Positions 14,440-26,663 of a DNA stretch of 64,000 bases are shown piece by piece (position 1 is the stretch's first letter; every line of letters starts with the position of its first letter). Where the stretch lies: the NCBI RefSeq assembly GCF_006345805.1, contig NC_043000.1, forward strand, positions 118,110,001 through 118,174,000, in the 5' to 3' direction. The stretch comes from Octopus sinensis (taxonomy: Eukaryota). Both the position numbers and the translations under genes were made by a program. The notes under the pieces were generated by a model. It ran no database searches, was not told the origin of the DNA, and saw only the letters and a list, made by a program, of their open reading frames with translations.

Positions 14440-15240
14440 AGTCTAAGCGCATGCATGACTGTGTGATAAAAAATACCTGCTTCACATCCACATGGTTCCG
14501 GGTTCAATCCCACTGTGTATCACCTTGGGTAAGTGTCTCCTGCTATAGCCTCGGGCTGACCAAAGGCTTGTGGGTGAATTTGGCAGATGGAAACTAAAAA
14601 TGAACCTATCGAATGTGTATGCATTTTTTTTTTTGGTCCCCGCAACCGTCTGACAACCGGTGTTGGCGTGTTTACGTCTCTGTAACCTAGCGGTTCGGCA
14701 AAAAAAACCGGTAGAACAAGTACCAGGCTTTAACAAATTAAGTACTGCCGGTTCGATTCATTGGACTAAAAAATTTTCAAGGCGGTGCTCCAGCATGGCC
14801 GCAATCTAATCACAGATACAAGTAACATGTAAAAAAAATATCTTAATTTGAACTTAGGCATAGGAGTGGCTGTGTGGTAAGTAGCTTACTTACGAACCAC
14901 ATGGTTCCGGGTTCAGTCCCACTGCGTGGCACCTTGGGCAAGTGTCTTCTACTACAGCCTCGGGCCGACTAAAGCCTTGTGAGTAGATATGGTAGACGGA
15001 AACTGAAAGAAGCCCGTCGTATATATGTGTTTGTGTCTGTGTTTGCCTCCCCACATCCCTTGACAACAGATGCTGGTGTGTTTACGTCCCCGTAACTTAG
15101 CGGTTCGGCAAAAGAGACCGATAGAATAAGTACTAGGCTTGCAAAGAATAAGTCTTGAGGGTCGATTTGCTCGACTAAAGGTGGTGCTCCAGTACGGCTA
15201 AAGTCAAATGACTGAAACAAGTAAAAGAGAGAGTAAAGAG
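14440..15240 (+). mobile_element. Two adjacent family A SINEs (diverged ~14440-14830; young ~14855-15240)
   Basis: GGCATAGGAGTGGCTGTGTGGTAAGTAGCTT head near 14857 and AAAAGAGAGAGTAAAGAG tail. Confidence 0.8.
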
Positions 15241-16214
15241 TTAAATCGAACACTAATCAGTTTGAGAGAGGATGCAGGCGTTAGATGCCTTGCTGTTTCT
15301 TCTTTTTTTTGTTTGAAGAAATAGTGGAAAATGAAAAAGGAATTAATTGAGGAAAATTGAGTGAGAGAAAATAAAGAAATCGGGAGGAGGGAAGGAGAAA
15401 TGTCTTGATGGTTAATGTAGAGTGGTTTAGATTAAGCAGCAGTTAATATATTTTGATTTGTATTAGAAAGGATAGACGGAAGTGTTGGAAAAGAAAGAAA
15501 ATTAAAGAGGAAGAAAGAATGAAAGAAAGAAAGAGAGAAAGTTTTTTAAAAAAAGAAGTAAAGAAAGAAGAAGGAAAACAGCGGCTCACGTTGATTCCGA
15601 CCAGACTGTAGATTAGCGAGTCATTGAAATTATTAAGTATTTTCGCTGGAACATACTGAAAATAATAGCACCTCGAAGAGTAACACAAGCGCTATAATGG
15701 GTGTCAAGCAAGCAGAAAGATTACATTTACAGTAATTTGAACATCAACAACAGTTAAAATAACAACAACAACAACAGCAATAACTACTACTGCTACGACG
15801 ACGACGACGACGACGATGACTATTACATTTTCGTATTTTAATGTTTTTCAATTACAAGCATGGTAAGGGCTTAAGAGGGAGAAATGAAAAGGTGGGCTCC
15901 CCTGGAACTAAAACTGCTATCTGATTTCAATTCCCGGTTGGAAATAATTATGGATATTATGCAATCTCTTGATCCGTTTCCCACTCGAGGCGTTGTATCT
16001 ATTTAAGAAATTATATATGAGAAGGAAGCGCAAACAGGAGCCAACCAGACTGTGGTCACTTCGGTTTCGGTTTTATGAAATTTGCTTGTGCATCAAGCCG
16101 AAAGAAATATATTTTATGTATAATTATATTCATCAAAAATCAACCAATAAGGGAGCAATTGCTTGGTCACTCAGACTGCAAGAAATAGTAGATAAATGCC
16201 TCTAAAAAATTATA

Positions 16215-16528
16215 ACGATAAACGTCGCCCTTTTCAAGCCTAGCCAGGCTCATGGGCCCGGTTTCCCGGTTTCTGTGGCGTATGTGTTCCCCCCAGCTGG
16301 ATGGGACGCCAGTCCATCGCAGCACTACTCAAGAAACAAGAAGAAAGTGTGAGAGAAAGTTGTGGCGAAAAGGTACAACAGGGGTCGCCACCATCCCCTG
16401 CAGGAGCCTCGTGGAGCTTTTAGGTGTTTTCGCTCAATAAACACACACAACGCCCGGTCTGGGAATCGAAACCACGATCCTCCGACCGCGAGTTTGCTGC
16501 CCTAACCACTGGGCCATTGCACCTTCAC
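16215..16528 (-). mobile_element. tRNA-derived SINE, family C (V-domain-like), with 13-bp TSD
   Basis: TSD CTAAAAAATTATA at 16202-16214 and 16529-16541; minus strand has A-box CAATGGCCCAGTGG, B-box GGTTTCGATTCC and GCGATGGACTGGCGTCCCATCCAG (V-SINE-like core). Confidence 0.85.
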
Positions 16529-16667
16529 CTAAAAAATTATACTGAAGTCTAACTTGGACGCTGTTGTCTGACATAAAACTATATCTTGCATGAATTTCAT
16601 CAGAGGTCATTCGACGACCAGAGCTGATCTGGGTCTAACCGCCACTACCACTACCTCCAGCAGCAAC

Positions 16668-17055
16668 AACTGGAGGCGCAATGGCACAGTGGTTAGGGCA
16701 GCGGACTCGCAGTCGGAGGATCGCGGTTTCGATTACCAGACCGGGCGTTGTGTGTGTTTATTGAGCGAAAACACCTAAAGCTCCACGAGGCTCCGGCAAG
16801 GGGTGGGTGACGACCCCTGTTGTACTCTTTCGCTCCTACTTTCTCTCACTCTTTCTTCCTGTTTCTTGTCCCCGACTTCCAACGCAACCGCTGAGCCTGG
16901 ATGCGCATTCATCCATCCGTCGATGCTCTCGGTGTCGGGGGTTGACCTGCTTTCTCCTCTGCGGGTCTTCGAACTTCTTTCATTACAGACAATCCGGAGG
17001 CGCGATCTTGCGAGCTCTGGGACGAAGACCGCTTCGCTCAACAAACAAACAAACA
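16668..17055 (+). mobile_element. Family C SINE, long-tail subfamily
   Basis: GGAGGCGCAATGGCACAGTGGTTAGG head, tail ending GCTCAACAAACAAAC; same subfamily on the minus strand at ~59280-59675. Confidence 0.8.
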
Positions 17056-18733
17056 AAAGCAGAAGCAACAACAACAAACAACTATAACAAACATGTTTAA
17101 TTATTTTCGAATTACATAGTTTATGTAACATTTCAACTCACCAAACATCATTTCCACTACCACCATCATTATAACTATATCGCTTATCTTTGCCGTTTCA
17201 TGTTACTTCTACATGGTGACGACTGGTATAGCCATTTATTAAAAGTACATATTAGTGGCGTGAATGATATGTAGATGCTGTGTAGATGCCATCAATCGTT
17301 AGAGAAAGTTGGCTGGTGTGTGTTCTGTGCCAACATCAATGATATATCATTTATTATAAGGTAACATCGACACTTTTCTGGGGATGCTTTGCGCTCTTGA
17401 TTTCGGGCATCGTTTTACATATTGAAAGCTCATCAGGAGAAACAGAGTGGAATGTGAAACAGATTGTGGTATGGCGTTGTTTAAATGTGCACGTGTCGAA
17501 AATACACATACTCACGGTCGCGTGTTCGACCACATACACACATATATCTATACACAAACGCACACACTCACACACACACACACACATACACATATATATA
17601 TAATACAACTACATTCTAAATGCAGATACTTACTGTATATATACAAGCATATTTTCATATCTGTGTGTGAGTGTGTGTGTGCATATTTACATGTATGTAT
17701 GTATGTTTTAATTTATTAATGTATGTATGTTGAAACAAAAAGTTCACACAAAAATATCTTTATCCGATAAAAGTATGGAATTCTTAATTTTTTCGAATTA
17801 ATAGCACGTACTACTTCCATATCAGTTTTCGCTCTCACTCTCTCCAGACACACACACACACGCGCGCGCGCGCGCGCGCGTAAGCATGTACATATGTGTA
17901 TTTGTGTACGTATGTGTGCCTTTGTGTGTGTGACAGAGAGAGAGCATATATATGCACGCACACGCACACACATACGCACATATCCCTTTAGGACCAGATT
18001 TAACAACCACAAGTCTTCCTTTAAAATTTAGGATGGGCGACAGCTCTAGCAAAGCAAATATGGTCACCGAAAGAAAGTAGCGCAGATTACAGTTTCAAAG
18101 GGAGAATATTGCAGAGATGCTGGCCTTATTTCAATAGCTGTCAGAGGTTCAGGTTATGCGTGGTGGAGAAAAGGTTTGTAGTAAAGAACTCTCTTCAACC
18201 GGATAACTACTTTTAAACTAAAAGCGAAATTTTCGATCCTGTCCACATGCCAGAAAATATGTGCTTAGACATTGGCAGGCTGTACTATGATTATAAACGC
18301 TATAGCTTTCTTCCACCACAGTCTGAGGATTCACACAAGTTGTGCCACATTCAACTTATTGCTTATAAACATACACAATCATATATTCGTACATATCCAA
18401 ATATGATTTAAGATTGGGCACCTAACTGTACACACAGGGATCCCATACAATCTGCACCCGAGGTCCAACTCCACTCTGAAAAGGGCATAATTCTAGACGA
18501 ATTACCCCTCAACTTCTCACATGTTTTCATTTTTCTTTTTCTTTTTTTGTTCTGGTTATTCACAACTCTCACAAACCAGAATTGGCACTTCCTTACTTCC
18601 AGCCCAAGGATTGGATTTTCCCATAACTTACAACTATTGAGTTACTTTGTAACTTCTGCCGATTAAAGCAAAAATATATTTACTTATGTTTTGTGTTCTA
18701 ATTTCCTTGTTTGTATCACCTGACTTATGTGCG

Positions 18734-18769
<36 letters not shown>

Positions 18770-18789
18770 TACGTGAATGCATATGTGTG

Positions 18790-18829
<40 letters not shown>

Positions 18830-19761
18830 TGTGTGTATGTATATACTATATTAAAAGTCAGTTTGAATCTTGCTTGCTTGCTTCCTGGCAATGTTACCCA
18901 GCCAAACTGGCGCTCAACGGAAAAATACTATGAATTAAGTTTACTCTGAAATGTTAATACGAACGGAATAAAACAAGTTTCGCGTAAATCGGACAAGTGG
19001 TTTTTAAGATATTAGAAGTTCTCGAGGTATAAGTACCCAAAATGGTGCAGAATGGGAAAATATTTCAAAAATAATCTTAATTCTGAAAGGGAAGAAAGTC
19101 TCATCTTTCGATTAGACACAGTGACTTGACAATGAAAAAGCATGATTTTGTTTTTACAGCAAATGTTTCTATTTTCGCTTTTGTTCAACACAATATTTTA
19201 ATCATTTAGAAATATTGTCTTCAAACAGACAATATTTTAATGTATTTTTTAAAATATTTTAGAGTGAATACCATTACAAAAAGTTTTTTGGCATATTTAA
19301 AAAATATTTTAAAGTAAAAATGACTTTAAAAATACAGTAAATATTTCGTAAAAGACCCGTTCGAACTTCGGTGTGAAATAGTTTTTTTTTCCATAGGTTC
19401 TTTTTCGAGTGCATTCAACATATATCACCTTCAAAGATTTGGCTGCTATTTCTAGTATACCCTTCCTGCACATAACAGCTATTTGCGACAAAGGACCCGA
19501 AATACCTGTTATAGTGTAGCAGGAAGTGCAAGGAATAGCAGCTAAATCTGGGGAAAGGAGCCGGTTACGCGTGATTTCGATGTCACACTCGTTGAAAGTA
19601 TGAGAAATAACCAGAAAAAGAAAAAACCTACGAAACAAAACTCCGTTACTAGGAAACTCAGAGTTTCTCGGTGACTCAACAGGTCACCGGTAGTCTAGTC
19701 TAGAATAAATACATACCTACATACATACGTACGTACGTACGTACATACATACATACATACA

Positions 19762-19795
<34 letters not shown>

Positions 19796-20082
19796 CATAC
19801 ATACATATGTATATATATATATATGAAGTTTCATGGGCGTAGAACACATCTACCTCTACAACGGACAAGGTGGATGTGTCCTATGCTCACGAAGATTTAA
19901 GTCAAATTGTTATTAAATAACACACACCTATTTATGATAGGGTGAGAAAAAGGGAAAGAGAGAGGGAGAGGGAGAAAGAGAGAGATTGAAGCTATTTTAT
20001 TAACTATTTTGCTTTTAGTTTTTCAGATTATGATTAGAAAATTTTATTTATAAATACATATTTCTCGTTCTATATTTTTCAG

Positions 20083-20364
20083 GTGAAAGTCTGGTTCCAG
20101 AATAGACGGATGAAATGGCGCCACTCTCAGCAACAAAAAGACCAGAAACCAGGAGATGATAGAAACGAAAACATGACAGAGGGTGGAAAAGAGAAATCAG
20201 ATTTGGCAGACAGTTCTAAAGAAATGGATAACGAATCAAAAGACTCGAGTGATTCCTCAGACAACGAAGAAATGGATATAGAAAATGATTTGGAAGCTCA
20301 GAGAGCAATACCAATCTCTGTAACAGTGACGATGCCACAACTGAAGTGCGAGAAGATTGATTAA
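20083..20364 (+). CDS. Hlx: H2.0-like homeobox (Hlx) terminal coding exon
   Basis: Acceptor TTTTTCAG (AG 20081-20082) then VKVWFQNRRMKWRHSQQQKDQ..., acidic tail, TAA at 20362-20364. KVWFQNRRMKWRHS is the HLX helix-3 signature (DBX has KIWFQNRRMKWRNS). The phase-0 intron before V is a common homeobox intron position. Upstream exons were not found in the window. Confidence 0.88.
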   Translation: MKVWFQNRRMKWRHSQQQKDQKPGDDRNENMTEGGKEKSDLADSSKEMDNESKDSSDSSDNEEMDIENDLEAQRAIPISVTVTMPQLKCEKID

Positions 20365-20407
20365 GCAACCAAGATTTACTCTGTTTTCAGAGGCAAAAAA
20401 CAATACA

Positions 20408-20413
20408 AATAAA
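20408..20413 (+). promoter_or_regulatory. Candidate polyadenylation signal AATAAA of Hlx
   Basis: First AATAAA after the stop codon; AT-rich context with other AATAAA downstream, so the site actually used is unknown. Confidence 0.3.
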
Positions 20414-21250
20414 AAGATAAAGAAAAAGAAAAAAAGATTTTATAATGTTGCATACGTTATATTAAAAAAAGAAAGTGAACTCATACAATAATTGAGTCAA
20501 TGAATAATAAGATCATAAACAAAATCAAAATAAATAATTTTTTAAGAAGAGACACCACATATAAATATATAAGCGCTCAATTTCTATTTCAGTTGGAGAA
20601 AAGGAACATTTTGACAAACCAACGAGGCCTTTACATAGGAAATTAATTTTAAGTATTTTGCACACAAAAAAATAATAATAATAAATTTATATCATTTGGA
20701 CTAAACACGAGCTGTTATTTTTTCATTTAATACCATCCAGAGTGTTATCTTGTTATATTTTAATCATACGATGCAGAAGTATTCCAATTGATATAACCCA
20801 CCCATTTATATTGTATTACACTGTAGTGCAGGTAAAATTTCTACTTCGTGTAAGACAATTCATAGAAAATAGATATCCTATGAATGTTTACACTTCTTTT
20901 ATATGGTATCATATCAATTACTCATAAATTACCATATGATATTTATTACATAGTTTTAAAGTTCTAAACTACGCACATTTGATATTAGAGCTCAGTATTA
21001 ATTCGTCCATATCATTTGCTTGTTTACTCTACCAATATGATCACTTATAATGATATCGGTGCATTCATACATTCGTATGTATGTATATATATATATATAT
21101 AATTAAGAGGGCTGTTCGCAATTTAGAACAGAAAGACAACACGTACAGTCGTTCTTAAAGTGACAGAGGATGCTAGTAAGTACCAGTGTTGCTAGAAATA
21201 ACACTTAACCATGTGGGATCACTATTTTAACGACTGACAAGCGAGATGGA

Positions 21251-21296
21251 GTCATTTCAGCGTTGATTTCAGATTTAATTAATCTTCATCAGTGAC
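21251..21296 (-). ncRNA. Degenerate type I hammerhead ribozyme (U16.1>A)
   Basis: GUCA CUGAUGA AGAUU-AAUUA-AAUCU GAAA UCA-ACGC-UGA AA UGAC: stems I, II and III pair, but the cleavage site reads AA instead of UH. Confidence 0.55.
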
Positions 21297-21537
21297 ACAT
21301 AACTCTGTCGCCGTGGGTTAAAGAACATAAGTTATTTTGTCAGCCTTATGGAAAACACCATAGGAAACAGCGGATGATTTCGAAAATGATGAAGTGAGAA
21401 TTAGAAATTATTAAGGTGAATATTCGCTATTTTGAACCGAAAGGTAAAAAGTATAGTCGTCACTAAACTGACTGAGGGTGCTATTATGCAACAGCACTGC
21501 TAGAAATAAGAATATATATATATATAATGTATGTATG

Positions 21538-21569
<32 letters not shown>

Positions 21570-21576
<7 letters not shown>

Positions 21577-21833
21577 ATATTTCGGAATGGTCATATTGCC
21601 AGTTTAGCCAATAAAAACACACGCACTATATATTTGGTGTTATTTTGCTTCAGTGTTATTTATTTTTTACATTAATCTTAATCTTATTTCGGCCAGAGTT
21701 CTTTCGTCACACTCCTGTGACTGCATCAGTGGTCCTTTGTTTTCTTCTTTCTTATTTGTGTCTCTCCTTACTAACCGTCAGCCATTTTGTATTGGCTAAA
21801 CTGGCAATATGACCATTCCGAAATATAACAATA
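21570..21833. mobile_element. Element with perfect 44-bp terminal inverted repeats, Penelope-derived-like
   Basis: TATTGTTATATTTCGGAATGGTCATATTGCCAGTTTAGCCAATA at 21570-21613 and its reverse complement at 21790-21833; hammerhead-like motif in the spacer. Confidence 0.75.
21691..21734 (-). ncRNA. Degenerate type I hammerhead-like motif (A9>C)
   Basis: GACCA CUGAUGC A GUCAC-AGGAGU-GUGAC GAAA GAAC UC UGGCC: perfect stem II, stem I 4/5, short stem III. Confidence 0.5.
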
Positions 21834-21899
21834 TCTGTTTCAACACACGACTTCACATAAAAAATCTTGCACAACAAATATTTAAACGTATATATATAT

Positions 21900-23090
21900 A
21901 CTAGCAGTATCACCCGGCGTTGCTTGGGTTTGTAAGGGAAATAACTATATAAGCATTTTTAGTGAGTTATAGCATAAAAATAGTAAAAAATGCATTAAAA
22001 ATGCATTAAAAACGGAATAAAAAATGATGGTAATTTTTTTTTTAAATCGTTGACTCATCGTAGACATTTTTAGAGAGTTACTTCCCTTATATAATAGCGA
22101 AAAAATGCATTAAAATGGAAAAAATGATGGTAATTTTTTTTTTAATCGTAGACTCATCGTAGACGCTTTCTTAGCCATTTCTGTTTTGGTGTCTTCAAGC
22201 CATGAAGTCGTTGTTCTAAAAGAACGCTGGTCTCCTTGACAACGCATTACGACGTTGATTTCCTTACACACCCTTCCCCACAGCTTCACGGGGGAGGGAA
22301 GAAGGGGGAGAAGCAAACAGGTGCAGGTGTGAGCGTGGACGCCAACTCCGCCGCCATCGACACACGAAAAATTATGCATTAAAATGGAATAAAAAATTAT
22401 GTTAAATTATTTTTAAAATCGTAGACTCATCGTAGACGTGCGCTAATAGCCAGACGGGCTCGATATGAATCCCGACTATAAGATACCTGAATTTGGTTAA
22501 ACTGCACCGCAAAATGTGGGAGTAGTTAGGAATCTAAATCGAAGGGGACAGACACTCACACAACTACAGTTTTATATATATACTAGCAGTATCGCCCGGC
22601 GTTGCTCGGGTTTGTAAGGGAAATAACTATATAAGCATTTTTAGAGAGTTACTTCCCTTATAGATGCCAATTCGGGCTTTCTTAGCCATTTCTGTTTTGG
22701 TGTCTTCAAGCCATGAAGTCGTTGTTCTAAAAGAACGCTGGTCTCCTTGACAACGCTTTACGACGTTGATTTCCTTACACTCCCTTCCCCACAGCTTCAC
22801 GAGGGAGGGAAGAAGGGGGAGAAGCAAACAGGTGCAGGTGTGACCATGGACGCCAACTCCGCCGCCATCAACACACGAAAAATTATGCATTAAAATGGAA
22901 TAAAAAATGATGTTAAATTATTTTTAAAATCGTAGACTCATCGTAGACGCGCGCTAATACTCAGACGGGCTCGATATGAATCACGACTATAAGATACCCG
23001 AATTTGGTTAAACTGCATCGCAAAATGTGGGAGTAGTTAGGAATCTAAATCGAAGGGGACAGACACACACACAACTACAGTTTTATATAT
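21900..23090 (+). mobile_element. Head-to-tail tandem pair of non-autonomous Helitron-like (Lep1/HINE-like) elements
   Basis: Both start ACTAGCAGTATC(A/G)CCCGGCGTTGCT (21900, 22582) and end GGGGACAGACAC..CACAACTACAGTTTTATATATA. No TIRs or TSD. Third copy at 41497-42011. Confidence 0.7.
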
Positions 23091-23136
23091 ATATATATAT
23101 ATATATACGAGAAAGAAGCAACAAGAATGGATAGGT

Positions 23137-23227
23137 TTTTAGTACGATCGTTTCATACAAGGACAGGTTTTATTAAAAGTTGCAAAGATTACAGCATATA
23201 AACGAGTCCCGTACTCATCAGCTAAAA
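23137..23227 (-). ncRNA. Type I hammerhead ribozyme (mirror copy in palindrome)
   Basis: Reverse complement of the 23409-23499 ribozyme. Confidence 0.8.
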
Positions 23228-23408
23228 TACATGTAAGTTCCTAGACATCCTAGTGTTTGAGGCTATACTCATGAAGTAATGTAGATAATTAAACAGATTT
23301 CTAAAGTTCATTAAAGAACTTTAATGAACTTTAGAAATCTGTTTAATTATCTACATTACTTCATGAGTATAGCCTCAAACACTAGGATGTCTAGGGAACT
23401 TACATGTA

Positions 23409-23499
23409 TTTTAGCTGATGAGTACGGGACTCGTTTATATGCTGTAATCTTTGCAACTTTTAATAAAACCTGTCCTTGTATGAAACGATCGTACTAAAA
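23409..23499 (+). ncRNA. Type I hammerhead ribozyme, intact core, palindromic stem III
   Basis: UUUUAG CUGAUGA GUACGGGAC-(41 nt)-GUCCUUGUAU GAAA CGAUCG UA CUAAAA: stem I 6 bp, stem II ~9 bp, ACGAUCGU palindrome, GUA cleavage triplet (cut after 23493). Confidence 0.82.
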
Positions 23500-23645
23500 A
23501 CCTATCCATTCTTGTTGCTTCTTTCTCGTTATAATCACCCCACATTACTGTATTGTTAAATCAGTATAGTTTTTTTGGTGCATCTAAGTTAGGTACCATA
23601 TTCAAGTAAATTTTTTAAATTAACTTGAATCTTTATTGCTCTTTG

Positions 23646-23682
<37 letters not shown>

Positions 23683-23687
<5 letters not shown>

Positions 23688-23897
23688 CAAATGAGGGTCT
23701 TTGCAACAGGTTGCTAGACCACACTGTTTGATTTCGTTTTGTTTTCTTCGTTTTTTTTTTTTTGCCATAGTGAGTTATAAGTACTGTTGTAAGTGGGACA
23801 TATTTTTGTAGTAAAAGAAATAACAGTCGTCTGGCTGCTATTTCTAATACTTTCGGTATGTGGTCTAGCAACCTGTTGCAAAGACCCTCATTGTTAT
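23683..23897. mobile_element. Short element with ~40-bp terminal inverted repeats (MITE-like or Penelope-derived)
   Basis: TATAACA(A)ATGAGGGTCTTTGCAACAGGTTGCTAGACCACA at 23683-23723 and its reverse complement at ~23859-23897. Confidence 0.7.
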
Positions 23898-24005
23898 AAT
23901 TATATATAATTTTACCGAATATGGTCTTTTCCATACCGAAAAACTACTTGGTGAAATTGGTTGATTATATTAAATTAATTATATTTCACTCTTTATCTGT
24001 ATGTA

Positions 24006-24046
<41 letters not shown>

Positions 24047-24121
24047 GTGTGGTGTGTATGTTGTATGTATGTATGTATATATATATATGTATGTATGTAT
24101 ATATATATATATATATATAAT

Positions 24122-24167
<46 letters not shown>

Positions 24168-24566
24168 TATACATATTTGTATAATGTGTATTCTTTTATT
24201 GTTTTATTTGCTTCAGTTATTTGACTGCGGCCATTCTGGAGCACCGCCCTTAGTCGAACAAATCGACCCTAGGACTTATTCTTTGTAAGCCTAGTACTTA
24301 TTCTGTCGGTCTCTTTTGAGAAAACGCTAAGTTACGGGGACGTAAACACACCAGCATCGGTTGTCAAGCGATGGTGGACGGACGGACACAGGCACACAAG
24401 CATGTACATATATAAAAATAAATATTTTTGATATCCTGTACCCATATATGCATGTATATATACATATATATATAGGTATATACATATATGTATGTATAAA
24501 TGCATATATTTATGTATTATTTATATTATTATATATATATTGTATATATATAATGTATGTATAATG

Positions 24567-24610
<44 letters not shown>

Positions 24611-24744
24611 ATATATATATGTGAAATATATATATCATATATATCATATATAAAATACACGAATGTGTGTGTATAAATATTATGTAATGTATATATATAT
24701 ATATATATATATATAACGTGTATATAATGTATACATATACACAC

Positions 24745-24827
<83 letters not shown>

Positions 24828-26206
24828 CCCAAGCTTGTGTCCTGAAGTTGTGTCGACACCAACTTGCATCTCCTCTTGTTAATCTGTAAAGGATCTCACT
24901 GGATGCTCGTTATATTCCTGAGAACTTTCTGTTCCACTCTGTTGTCCCAGGTTTCAAAAAGTGAAACAAGTCCCTTTCATGATCTATCGGCCGATCTCTC
25001 TCACCTCTCATATCATCAAGGTATTTGAGAGGGTGGTGAGATCTCGGATGGCCCCTTTTCTTGAAGGCAGCAGATTGCTGAACCCCAAACAACATGTGTT
25101 CTGTAATAGAAGATACTGCCTAACGCAGCTCCTGCATCACCTTGATGACATTTTGAGAGCTTTGAGAGAAGGCTCGAATACTGATCTCATTTACCTTGAT
25201 TTCAACAAGGCCTTTCACAGGGTGGATCATAAGATCCCCTTGAAAAACTATTCAGCATTGGTATCTCTGGAAAGTTAGTACATTGGATCAAGCAGAGCCC
25301 AACACGTTGTAGTCGAAGGAGTAAAATGAAGCCCAGCCAAAGTTAGTTGTAATATTCCACAAGGCCCAATTCTTTTCATCATCTATATCAATGACATTAC
25401 TGACATCATCAAGAACAGTAACAAGAATCTTTGCAGATGATTCTAAGATCCAGAAGGTCATCAACGAAGTGGGTGACCGGACATGCCTTTAGTCAAATCT
25501 ACTAGCTGTCATCCAATAAGCAGAAAAGAATAATATGCTGCTGAAAGAAGATACGCTGAAACTCCCATACTCCCTTGCTTCAGGTGAAACTCTAATGGCA
25601 TCCAACAACATCAGAGACTTAGGAGTAACTGTGGACAATAACATAAGCTGGGCCGCTCGTATAAACAGCAAAGTTGACATGGCTTGCAGAATGTGTTCCT
25701 GGATTCTCAGAATTTTCAGTCGAGAGATATCCACATCATTATCTTTCACTTTTCTACTTTATTCTCCCCACGCCGCCGTGAGCGCTACATCACCTGCATA
25801 ATGTGGGAAATATTCCATCAGCCTTGCCCAAATGATGCTGGCATCGCTTTTAGGATACACCCAAGATTTAGATCCCGTGCAATCCGCTCACAATCTAAAT
25901 TATACACGCATCACAGAGCAACAATACGGCACAATTATTTCCCTTCAATTGGCCCTGCTGTTTTTTAGATTACACCAAAACACATTAACGCAGAAAACAG
26001 ACCCCATAAAGGTCAAGAGGTCTTTGGAAAAATTCATTCAAAAAATTCCGGATAAACCTCCTACAGTAGGATATGTCCCCGTAAACAATAACACTCACCT
26101 CAAATGGTTCATATTTTCCGATTCCTGATTTGAATGACTTTGCCAGGTAGTGCTATTAAGTTAACATGACCTGGGCAAATACTGGCCTAAACCTATCAAA
26201 GTATCA

Positions 26207-26208
<2 letters not shown>
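24828..26208 (+). mobile_element. 5'-truncated, frameshifted CR1/L2-group LINE (reverse transcriptase remnant)
   Basis: YRPISLTSHIIKVFER, IYLDFNKAFHRVDH, IPQG.ILFIIYIND, FADD (25430-25441), RDLGVTVD, RRRERY; ends in TATCAAAG-like repeats. Multiple stops and frameshifts. Confidence 0.85.
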
Positions 26209-26247
<39 letters not shown>

Positions 26248-26310
26248 TATATTATATATATTATTATATATATGTACATACATTATATATATATGTACAT
26301 ATATATATAC

Positions 26311-26429
<119 letters not shown>

Positions 26430-26663
26430 CATATATATATTAATCAATATAGGGTGGCAAAAAAAAATTTTGTAGAATTTTTTGCCACCAGCGGCCTAGT
26501 GGGAAAAAATTAAATAGTCATAGACCATTTTTAAGTTCAACATCAACAATCAAGGAACGGCCATAATAGGCCATTCACCACTAGAAATAACAGCCAAAGC
26601 TTCAACCGCAAATAAAAGTCAATTCCGTAACAGGAGAAAATTTAAAAAACATTTACCCTGTAA

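Larger units (their letters stand above)
23107..23529. repeat. Near-perfect 423-bp palindrome (210/211-bp arms, 2-nt spacer)
   Basis: Arms 23107-23316 and 23319-23529 are reverse complements except a 1-nt indel; spacer AA at 23317-23318. Confidence 0.95.

Noticed and set aside
15230-15580. Long purine-rich (GA) tract
   Set aside because: Low-complexity sequence common in such genomes; no specific structure supportable.
17390-17445. CUGAUGA GCUUU...GAAA on the minus strand
   Set aside because: Stem II and stems I/III do not pair convincingly.
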